Positions 13,486 to 29,812 of a DNA stretch of 64,000 bases are shown here, in pieces (positions within the stretch are counted from its first letter, which is position 1; each line of letters starts with the position of its first letter). The notes under the pieces are model-generated. The model saw only the letters and a list, made by a program, of their open reading frames with translations. It was not told the DNA's origin and did no database searches. A program made the position numbers and the translations under genes. Source of the DNA: Balanoglossus misakiensis (taxonomy: Eukaryota; Animalia; Hemichordata); contig CM082578.2 in NCBI GenBank assembly GCA_040954595.2, positions 8,169,519 through 8,233,518 on the forward strand, given 5' to 3'.

Positions 13486-16400
13486 TTATACACATCTGTT
13501 GCTTTGCGGATCCTTCTCTGACAGAATAGCTTGGTTTGTCAGATCACGATATGCTTCCACTTTGTCGTGTAGATACTTCACCATTATGGGATTCTTGTCT
13601 GCCAGGTTATGCATTTCATAGGGGTCAGCTGAAATAAGATTGAGAAGGTAATTGTATACAATATATTAGGAGATATAAGCAATAAGTATGATCTAATGGT
13701 GTGCTTAACTCTCTAATGATATTCATGAAGATTAAAATTGTTGTACCTACTTCGCAAGTTAAAAAGCCATGTTGTTGTGTCGTTGGCATCTGGATTAGAA
13801 ATAACTTCACTGCCATTACGCCATGTCTTTTGCCATTCAAATGCACCTATACAATTAATGGTGTTGACATTGAAAAATATATATTTAATATTTTTTGCAT
13901 TTTAGCACGCGTTATACATGAATATGAAGTCTCCTTTTCCTACCTTTTTGAGTCTGAGGGTCCTGAAATAGTCCGAATATGTTTTACACACGTTAACAGG
14001 TGTTATGTTCTAATGAACTTTATCCTGAGATTGGAAAGTTATGTGTCAGTATTTTGTAGATATATGTGGAGTGACCGTGGCAATGGTGGAATAGCCCGGT
14101 AGACGACATTATGGGGATAGGCGTTCGCCATGAAACCATCTTTTACTGTGAACAAACAATCTCGGATCATGGAGAAACTTACAGCCAAGTAGGTGAGGGT
14201 CATTCAAATATGAGGGGATCCCTTCCATGAATTTCCAGTCACGGTATCTGTGGAGGCAATGTCAAGAAACACCTGGTCATTTATTTTCAGACACTGCCCA
14301 CCCACCAGTTATGGCTATGTTTAGGGGCACGGCTTATAACATGTATGAAACGTTAGAAACGAACGGCCATTTTCGGCCAACGTAATTAGTAATGATATAA
14401 ACACCCGCTCATTCAACCAAAGGAAATGAATTGATATTTTCCAGCATCACAACTCCAAAGTACGTATAGTTTGCTACAAAAATAGAAAAAGCTCCAAGTT
14501 TCTAAAGATAACCCCACCAACCCAAAATGAGCCGAGGTTTTTACCTGATAGCAGTCAGGTTGGCATCAAATGGGTGTTCCTCCACTGATACAAGAAGAAA
14601 CTCTTCACGAGGGGACGGGAGACCCATGGACAGGGAATTCCAAATATTGATCCCATCAATATCATCTGTGAGAATTTTAAGCATAGAAACATTTAAAAGT
14701 AAGGCACTTACCAGTAATCAATGGAGTCGGGTCAGTATTGAAATCAGGCCATGTTATGCGTTTGAAACAATATTACATGGCAGTGCGCTGCGTTTGATGA
14801 AACAGTTCACGTGAACATATTTAGACTTCTCTGTGCCACGTAATTCCACCATCGAAATAATTAAGGCAGCTAAATAACTCAATATGTCAGACAAAAATGC
14901 CAACATTGACTCACAATCTATGGTGCCCTTTGCGACAGATTCAACGAGAGTCGGGAACATGTCAGCGATGAAGTACAATCTAAAATAAACAGAATGTGCG
15001 AAAATTTCACAATGTGTGAAAATGAACGGTTTCTATCAAGTTGTACTTTTGATAATGTAGAAACTTATTTCGACTCGATCAGATATCGATGTTCCAGAAA
15101 TTGTTGAGAAGATACAGGTTCCTACGAAAAGTACTTACTCGTGGTTGACATATCCCCCTTTCTTAATTCCTTTTCCAGTGATGAACGCATTTACCTTTAT
15201 GCCTCCCTCCATGTAGCTGCATTTTCCACCACGGAAGGGCCAGTTGCTGCCCCCATATCGACAGTCACCGCCGTTCTGTTTGAGAGTTACAAAAGCCACA
15301 ACAGGTCACAGTAAATGGTCCCAGTTTGACTTTGATACTTCTTATGCAATGGTTGTATTGGATCGTGAAGCAAAGTTCGGTACATGGCCGTTTCTCTTGC
15401 AGTGCGATAGTCTTCCCGAGGAAGCATTAAAGGGGGCACGTAGCGGCGCGGTTTCGGAACATATAAGTGAACATTGGAGATGTACCGACAGATGGACATT
15501 TTCGCGAGACTGAGCTTTACTTCTCCTCTTCCATAAGCTTACTACGTTTAGAGTCAATCTTTTCACAGTCAATGCCTTTCACTTACATCTGACTGGTAAA
15601 TTATCAATGAATCTTCGAACATTCCCTTTTCCTCTAGCTTGGTACGGATGGCGCCAACTAGCGAATCCACCAAGGTAACTTTGCCTGAAACGCATTAACC
15701 AAGAAATGTTATATTTCCTCTGCAATCGTTCAAGTAACCAGATGTAAATTAGATTGTGCTTATCTTTCTAAAAAGCTGAATTTTGTGTTGGTATATAAGT
15801 TGAATGCATGGAGCAAAATATGAATATTTACCTGAAAAATTTCGCCGTGTGATGTCAGGTACAGTTTCCGCGTACATGTCTCCCCAAATGGAAGGTGCCT
15901 ATAGCCATAAACAAGGTCACTAATTGGTCACATAGATAAATCACAACAGATGAAATGATAAGGTCTGTAGCCTACTGGGTGAATCATCAGAATATAGCTG
16001 TGTCTCCTCGCTCGACCCAATCTGATTAGAATCAGATGTAGGGTACGGCGACGTCTTTTACTTACGCGGTACGGTCCTCAGCATAAGAATACCGTACCGC
16101 GTAAGTAAAAGACGTCGCCATAACCCGAGTTTAATCAGATTGCGCTCGAACCAGTCTGTCACAACTTACAAGCTATATGTGTACAATATACAGTAAGATA
16201 AAATGTCCAAGTGTGAACGAATATGGCTTGAAGTGTATTTTACTCGGGAGTTGGGGGAAAGGGTGGTACATAAACCCAAACGTACCGGGTTGAGATGATC
16301 GTGGGTTTGTTTGAAGGTCACAAAAAGAAACATCGGATTGGACTTGTTGTGGTTTTCTATGCATTCGATAATCTCCTCTGGTGAAATATACTGTCAAAGA

Positions 16401-19308
16401 AATACAAAAATAGTGTTATACATCAAATGATGTCTAGATCTAGTGATACAAGTTAATGATCTATCTTGCAAACTGTTGGCACTCAGACTAATATTTCAGT
16501 ACTGTGAGTTTGTATGGAAGATCATACAAATAATGTCAACAGATGCAAAGTCTGCCAAATGCAGTTATTCCAATTGTAGAATTTTATTGGCATGGGAGTG
16601 TGCAGATCAACATTATTATTTCACAGAAGAAAGGTAAAACACATACTGGTGTTGAGAACACTGTATTATTGATGTCAATTGATGGTTTTAGTACAGCAGT
16701 GTCCTCGAGGTGGAGCACGTCCGCGTCATTCGGATGACCATGTACGCATGTACCTGAAACAAATGTAAATACATTAAAATAACCATTATTTCGCGAATTA
16801 ATAATGTTTAGGGGGTTCGTCCACTATATATTTTTTTCCATTGAATTTGTGGAGGACATACAACGCACTGCCATCAGTCTGAACACAAGGGGTCGCTGAA
16901 TATGTGGAGGTCGTGTTCATACTTGGACTCTTGGTGCCCTGCCCAACAGGTGACCATAGGTAAAAGAGGCCAACTTGACTCCGCATTCGGTCAATATTTT
17001 CTGCATGTCTACATGCAAAAAAGCATCAAATGATTGAACTGACAAGACCCAATTCACTGGTGCGCGTGTTGGGTTGTGTCTGCAAAATATATCAAAGGGG
17101 TCGCACGCATGTCACTGTTGATTTTTATGCAGTTTTTTCCAACTAAGATTCTTTCTTGAACCATAGGCATTAGGAGAAGATCTCCTTCTGTCTATTCAAC
17201 TATTGTCGGCCAACCGCTGTCCTGATTGTCTGGGTGACCCCACACGCCGTATCAACGCTTAATCCAGAATACAAGCTATCGCTTTGCCGGATTTTCCTAA
17301 TAAAAGTTTTATTCGACACAGTATTGTTTTACCAGATAAGGCCAGTATTTTTCAGTTCGTCCATTATTAAGTATGCATTTTAATCTCCCGCGTCTTTCAA
17401 AAATGTTTGTGAACGAAACCGATTACATGTATTACCTTCATCCTGTAAACAACGGTTACCGTCCCTAGGCCTGTACAAAGCGTGGCGATATATATTAACC
17501 ACTTTTCCCCGGTTGAACTTCATGTACTGGCTGGTACAAAGAGAATAATGACTGTTATCAGAAGAAGCACGATCAAAATCCCTGATCTTAACAGAATGTT
17601 TACAAGAGCAAATGTCACACACATCACGAGAGTCAACACATGCAGACGTACACTGAACATGGGGAGATGTGTATACATACACATCCAGCTGACTCCACAT
17701 TTGTCCATTGTATCTATGTAATGAATATAAGCAAATTCATGTATTTTACACTGATTCATTTGCAACATATGTTATTATTCGATATGTAGTTCGCAAGTTG
17801 CACAATATTTTCAAGAATATAAAAAGGCATTTTCACTTACTCCCCAAAGTGACATATCTTGTAACCCAGTTCTTCCAATGTTTCTGGCAAAGTTTTCAAT
17901 GGGACTGGCACTCCTTTCTACAATGTGAAAGTGAATAAATTTAAAAACAAAATTCATCAAACAGTGCACCATTTAAAACATTGTATTATAATGGCTGATA
18001 ATAATATAGCATTCGGTATCCTATCAACTTGAAGTTATTTATTGTTGGGAAGTGTAGACTGAAGCTCACAAACGTGTTTACCCACCTCTGTTACTTTGCG
18101 TGAAGGATAGAAACCAGTCATAAGAGCAGTGCGTGATCTGCAAAATAACCGCTATACATGACACCATCAAACAAACGCAAACAATATAAGACAGGGTCAA
18201 AATCAATGAAACAAAGGTATGTCGACTCCGCTGTGTGAATGAAAGTGCTATATAGACGTCGAAACAAATGACATATGCATTCATTTTAAACATATACTGA
18301 ATGTTCGTATGTTAGGCATGAACTGTCATGACGATTGGAGACTCAATTGTACCATCCCTAGTCGCGTTGGAGTGTTTAGGCTTTGCGACATACTCTGAAG
18401 TCACTACTTACGGTACGCACGCAGCCATAGCGTAGAAGTTTTCCAATATGACACCTTCATCTGCCAATTTCTGTAAATTCGGGGTTATCATGGCGCCGTT
18501 ATGCCAGCTAACATCGTTCCAACCTAACCAAAAAAAATTCAAACCTGTATATTGTTTCTTGGTGATTTTGTCACGGAATGTTGATATTCATCTAGTTGAG
18601 AATCAAACAAATCCCAGATAACAGTATTATAATTTCACTGTGGAAAATAATAGTGACATTGACAAAATGTACATGCACCATCTACGTATACATCGTCATA
18701 ATTGTCGTCGTCATCATCAAGTATATACCAAGTAATTAACAAGTAGTCGTATCCTATGACTGTGTGTCTTCCTACCTGTTATCAGTAAGTGACTCACCTA
18801 TGTCATCGCCGAACATATAGATAATGTGTGGTTTCTTCGGGAGAGTCGTGTCTTCGGAACTCGAATCCAAGTCAGACTCAGCTGCAGACATATGCGAATC
18901 AAAACGCAACAGTTAAGGGCGTAAGAAGTGTGTTGCTCGACATATTCCATTAGTTTGCTATTTTTCGCTGATCAAGACATGAAATATGATATATGTATAC
19001 GCTTCAAACAAAATATGCCATGAAATTCAGCCTAAATTCTCATTCGTTTCAACTAATATTTTGAGGAATTCTGCCAGTTTCTGGAAAGGGTTAATTTGTG
19101 ATTGTTCAATGCATAGATTTCCCAATGACTGTTACTGTCTTCTACGTGGCACAAAACAAAACCTAATTGAAATTCGAATTAACTTAACTCTAGTACAACA
19201 GAAAACGGGGTTTTGCAGACGACCAGTTGTTCAAAAGAAGTCTCCAGACTTACCTAAAACACGTGTAACAACCACCACAAGTAGAAATAAAGTTGTTTGT
19301 GCAGCCAT
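13486..19308 (-). CDS. Arylsulfatase B/I/J-like secreted sulfatase, divergent; ~579 aa from 17 exons
   Basis: Minus-strand exons with consistent phases: 19308-19254 (signal peptide MAAQTTLFLLVVVVTRVL), 18881-18798 (KKPHIIYMFGDDIG), 18523-18412 (WNDVSWHN..ITPNLQKLADEGVILENFYAMAACVP), 18137-18086 (SRTALMTGFYP), 17917-17841 (LPETLEELGYKICHFG), [17713-17436 and 17000-16923 tentative], 16753-16647, 16390-16286 (NHNKSNPMFLFVTFKQTH), 15898-15832, 15684-15587 (VDSLVG..SLIIYQSD), 15275-15139 (NGG..SNWPFRGGKCSYMEGGIK), 14979-14915 (IADMFPTL), 14665-14545 (DGINIWNSLSMGLPSPREE), 14247-14183 (RYRDWKFMEG), 13846-13751 (WLFNLR), 13628-13486 (DPYEMHNLA..TAA). The last few codons and the two middle exons are uncertain. 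Confidence 0.88.
16018..16142. repeat. Palindromic foldback/MITE-like element in a sulfatase intron; partial second copy at 32849-32903
   Basis: Perfect 29-bp arms ggcgacgtcttttacttacgcggtacggt (from 16047) and accgtaccgcgtaagtaaaagacgtcgcc (to 16119); outer inverted repeat caatctgatta...taatcagattg. Confidence 0.75.
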
Positions 19309-19371
19309 ATTGGATTCATCAGCTACAGTCAGATGATACTGAAGTGGAGAAAATGAAACATTCGCAATTGA

Positions 19372-19384
19372 AATATATATATAT
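19372..19384 (-). promoter_or_regulatory. Possible TATA box of the arylsulfatase gene
   Basis: (TA)n tract ~65-75 nt upstream of the minus-strand ATG at 19308; positional inference only. Confidence 0.3.
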
Positions 19385-21815
19385 CCACTTAGGCTTTAAA
19401 AATAGGACATTGCGACGGATTGGTCCACTGGTATGTACGAATATATCCTTGATATCCCTCAAATAAATCCCTTTTATCTGAAATGTGGGTATGCCTGATC
19501 ACAGTCTTTATTGATGGACTGAAGCCTGGTCCAGTGTCTGATCTATACCTTCGCAATTTGGATGTCAGCGTACACTGTGTTCGCACCTGAAGCGTAAATA
19601 TACTTTTGCGCACATTTTATGCAAATTTCATCGGCAGTGTAACCTTGGACTGACCGAAGTCACGAAAGTGCGTTCACCAATGAACCACCATTGAATTTAT
19701 TTAATTGATTCATCGCAACTTACGCAATCTGTGACCGTCCGGATTTCAACTTTCCAAGATAACCCTGGCAAAATTTGCAAAAAGGTGATCGTGTACCTTT
19801 GATTCATATGCGAATTGGTATTTCTCAATCAAAACGGATTTGAAAAATCTGGCACACGGTAACCTCCAAGGCCACAGAAATGTCACGTGTGTCCTCGGCA
19901 TACGTCAGAGGCAAACAGAACATAATGTCCACCTGTTTGATTCAATGGGAAGCTACGGCGCTTTGAAGAGAATTCTATGGGACTGGGACCACCCATTCCA
20001 GGGCGTGACCTCTCGTACATCCAAGGTCATTCCAAGGTCACTCTGATCTCATTTTCGCAACGATCGACGAATCAGACATTTTCGAAAAACTGCCCCTCTC
20101 CCGCCAGTGGCACATGATATAGCGTTTCCAGCATTAAAGAAATGTTTTACTGTATGGTGAATTAAAAAAAAAATATAGCCAGAGACCTGGAAAGAAAAGT
20201 GAAAATTTAAAGAAAAAAATAACTACATGTTAAAAAAGCATTCAAATCAAGAAATTAAATTATTGTATTGAACCACAGTCCATTATTTTTCAGTAGCAAG
20301 GGCGTTTTGGAACAGAACTAGAAAGTGGTGCGTTCAAAGTAGCGATAGCAGATTCTTTAAGTGTTATGATAAAATGTGACTGTACTCTGAGGTACTAGGT
20401 TCGTGTTTACAACAAAAGGGATGGACCTGGAGATTTTAAAAATGGTTGTGTCACACGTTATATTTTTTGTGCGCCAGTCCCCTTTGCTGTTCTTACATTG
20501 TTCCTTTTCTATACCGCGTTATAAACTTTTGAAAACTTTTCAGTATAGTTAATAAAGAAAGAAAAGAAAGGGGGAATGGCTGTTGCATTCTGAAAATTTG
20601 TCGGCAACTCTGTTGGATTCAAAGCTTGGAGCATTGCCGCGAAAATAGAAGTATTCTCTCTAAATAGTGCCTTACCTTTGTATCTGCCTCCAAAGCAGTT
20701 GGATACTCGTGCGAAGTGCTTCGGGTCGACGATCAGTTCACGAAATGCCTGAATGGCTACTGTGTACAGAGACATTGGCCTTTCAAGGCGACATATTTAT
20801 CTGTCTGGCCCTTTGTGTGCGTTGTCAAAAAAAATAGCGGAAAAGTGCCTTCTCAATAGACCATATTGTAGTCTCCTTTATTGTATGCCACCGCCCCTCT
20901 CCAAGATAAAACCACAGGGAATAGATAGCAAGTTATCGAATATTTCATCACTTATTGTTTGATTATTAATCATGAATAAATTGTACTATTTTACTCCAAA
21001 ACCTCCGCCTCCTTATTAGACTTAGGCCCTAACGGAGTACAATCCAGAATAGCATTATGAATGTTGTAAGGTAAAGGTCGGTGCTTTATGTAGAGAATAG
21101 GCAGAAGATAAAGGAATTACCTGAACCATGGAGGTACCACGCCTGAACATAATATGGTGAAAAACAAGTGTGTATTTTTTCTACAAAAAAGCTCCACTAA
21201 AACCAGCCATAGAAAACCGGGTGAAGGACGCCATTATCTTGACACTGAGTGGTGAAGGACATCGGCAGTGGGGTCGAGTTAACCTAAGCGACGTTTTAGG
21301 TGACAGAACAACGTGTTCCGCCGCCTGCTGTAAATATTTGAATGCTGCCGAAGACCAAGTTACTTGGTAGAATGTAATATGTTACTTTTTATTTGTTCAA
21401 CAATTGACTATAATATATGAACCATACATGTATATCACCACGCATAGAATCCTATGCCATGGAGACAACGCAATTTGCATTCGTCAAAACCATCAAGTGA
21501 TACATAAAAGACGTTAATTCCGGAGAAATTTAGATTCGCGAAGAATGTGACATTAAACTTTGATGAATATACGTCTGGAAAGTATCTTGCGACAAGGTCT
21601 TAGAAGTCCTAAAGGAAATCTCACTGTTTTTGTTTATAAATGAGGTCTATCTCGATCATCGACACGTCGCACCACTAAAAACTCATGCAACCTTTTCATT
21701 ACAGACATTCCCATAATTGCTCTAAAATGATGTCCATCATGAAAAACCGTAGTAAAATAAGCAGCACAGTAAAGTTATAGAGTTATAGTAATCCGATGGA
21801 GCAGGACATATCTGT

Positions 21816-25114
<3,299 letters not shown>

Positions 25115-25837
25115 TGTTGTATCGCTACTATAAGTATTTGAGAAAACGATACTGTGTTCTAAAAAAGAAGTCTGGGGTTTGATATCATTTTAATTAATAC
25201 ATCCGGGAAGTGACGCGATATATTTCAAGGTCTTGGTGTTTGTTCTTTATGCGATACTAATTGCATGCCAGGCAACAGTTAGCAAAAAATGAGAGAGAAA
25301 AAATGGGACAATTTTGTGCACTTCATTTGATACACAACAAATCTTAAGACCAGAAAAACCAAAACGCACGCGGTTTTACCGTCTTTTGACGATGACGTCA
25401 CAGAGTTCGCCGAAATTTCAGAACTAAATATGCAAACTTCCTGCCCAGATCCTCTTGTGTTCACCACATTGTTTATGTTGAATATCCACTTCTTTTATCT
25501 TATTAAATCATGAAGTCTTTTCCATCCTGTCGCGGTTTTGTATGGAAAACATCCCCATTCTGCTCTTACCACGGAGTTACCACATTCGAACCGGACATAT
25601 TATAGAAAGTGTGACAGAAAAAACAATTATTCCCTTGCATCTGAACCATGCACCCCCTAGTTTACTTACGCATTCTGGGGGTAAAAATAACAGTGCTCAA
25701 TGTAACCACGGCTGGCATAAATTAAAACAAGTTCTCATACAATCACGACACTCATATACCTAGGGTAATATTTGTGGCACTGTTGCAGGCACTGACATAA
25801 TGTAATTCACATTCAGGGCCCCTTGGCTGCGTTGGAA

Positions 25838-25914
25838 CCATGGTATACCGGATGGTACACTGGTATGTTCGCGTATCGTCCAATCAAATCACTGTATTTG
25901 CACCATCAATATAC
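25838..25914. mobile_element. Diverged inverted fragment related to the 315-bp element
   Basis: Reverse complement of 25876-25914 (gtatattgatggtgcaaatacagtgatttgattggacga) resembles the element's left end (gtatattgatggtgtaaatcacgctatttgattggtcga); ccatggtatacc also present at 25838. Confidence 0.55.
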
Positions 25915-26064
25915 GTGTGCTGACCTATTGGAAAATGCACAATGACACACTTGACTATGAAAGTAACTGTCACTACGGTCAGACCATTTTCAATAGGGAA
26001 ATATTTAAAATAGCAGTACAGTGGAGTGAGAGAGTTATAATCGGATAGAGCAGGACAATTCTAT

Positions 26065-27798
<1,734 letters not shown>

Positions 27799-29812
27799 GG
27801 TTGACGAATTTCAGGAATCGTTTTAATAAACAAATCGAAGGGTATATACACACGGGCGAAGTGACGCAGTCGATTCCAAGGTCTTGGTCACAGGCTACTG
27901 TGGAATTTCTGTTTGCAACAGACAACGGTTACGGTTTCTGGTAAAATTCCGACACTAATTTTGTGCTCTTCGTTCGACGAACAGCGGATCTAAAGAATAC
28001 AGCAATCGATAACATGTGTCCCTGGCCGATGACATCGCCGATTTGCCGTAGGCCCTATGACAACTTGACTTCGCCGAAATGTACACAGATTCCTGCCCAC
28101 ATCATCTTGTGTGGTCCACATTACCCATGTTGAATATCTTCTTTTTCAGCTTCTTTTGTGCGTGAAGTCCTTTCCATGTGGAAAACGGTCGCTAATGTGC
28201 ATGCTTATTTATTATTAGTCTTCACTATATTGTATACAGTTGTCTCAGAGCTCACTTTGACGGATTGAAAAGTAACACCGAGTTTCGAGGTTGGAATAAT
28301 TTGCAACAGGTCACAGGCCGAAACCCGTAGAACCCGACGAGATTCCGGGACAGGGACGTCCCTCTATCAGTTCAGGAATGCTGAAGAGTTGCTACATGTA
28401 TAACCGATCCATGCAGATCTGATTCGTTGGATGATATTGTTAACTATGCTCTAAACTTATAAAAGGCCAGCCGGGACGGGACTTTAAAACACTCGCTTAA
28501 GGGACTCTAATATTGTTTCTCTTTATATGAATTTACATGTAACAGTAAAATCTATCGCGAATTGGGCGAGAAATAAAATTCTCGAGAAACGTTTTCTTGC
28601 AAATGCTCGATATTGTCTGAAATAACTTTGAGTCAGACCCAGATGATACACTAAAGTTTCCATAGCAATGAAATTAGATCTAGATACATGGATGTTTCAC
28701 CAGCTGTTTATATTAAGGCCCTAAGTTCAGACACGATGTTCAGAAGGTCAAAAGACACGCATACTTCAGTGGTGACAGTGTTTATATTACTGTTCGAGAT
28801 GTCAATTACACTATCCGTAACCTTTGGCTATTATGTCCCAGGTTTGATTTATTTACGCTTTTACTAAGCGATCGACTTACCCAATGAGTAATATTCTTCG
28901 GGGCTCAAACCTTACAAGGATTAATACGAAACGAAGGAAGGAAGGAAAGAAAGAAACGAGGTACCGACTATAGTCTTTCCCTCCTCCCTAAAGTATTTTT
29001 AATACCAATTTTTTCTGCTCTGCAACCTTACTGCAAAGTGTAAAGTTATAGCCTTGGTGGACTGGTTGGGTGGCTATAAATTGCTTCTGTACAAGAAACA
29101 ACGCCGAAAGAACCTCGTCTCGACAACTAATGGAATGTTTGAAACGTGACACTAAAAATGTCACCGCGTGCAATCGAACGACGAGGCAGTTCTGTTCTCG
29201 GCTTGTTAATCTGTCTGTAACTTTTAAATCTGAAGAGAAAAATTGTAAAGAGAGAAGAAATATTTCCCCCCGAATGTTATGTTGCAGACATATGCACGCC
29301 GATCATATATTGTTTCGTCCGTTCGTTCAACTCATACGATCGGTTGTAAAAAAAATCGACAAACATTATCCCTTTTATGGAACTCAATTGAACTGTTTTA
29401 TTTAGCACGAAAAAAAAATTGCGGTAATTAGGCTAAACATACATGAAACTAAACACAGAACATAAGACACAATTTGTAAATTGTGCTGAGGTCACAAGTT
29501 AACAGAAGGGGTACCGCCAAGCGACTGCACCTCCCACGGACCAAGTTTCGAGGAACGTTTGGTTTCGTACACACATTCCATCGCGTATTTCATGAGCAAT
29601 GGTGCTATTAACAAACTCTTGACATAATCTGGCCGTGGTTACTGAATGCAACGAATACACAGGTGCAACTGGTGTACAAAACACTAGACATTCTCACGTC
29701 CTACAATATGCCCAGCTCAGACACGTAAACACCTCTGTTCGTACGCCCTAATACTGGCTACACGTAATTTCAATACAAAAAAGTTACTCTACGCTAAAGA
29801 ATGGAAGCCGCT

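Noticed and set aside
14039-14145. Possible extra sulfatase exon with a premature stop, suggesting a pseudogene
   Set aside because: Exon 14247-14183 splices in phase directly to 13846-13751, which carries the genuine WLFNLR motif, so this segment is best read as intron.
20675-20750. Isolated exon-like segment on the minus strand (cag..g|gtaagg)
   Set aside because: No partner exons and no recognisable peptide.
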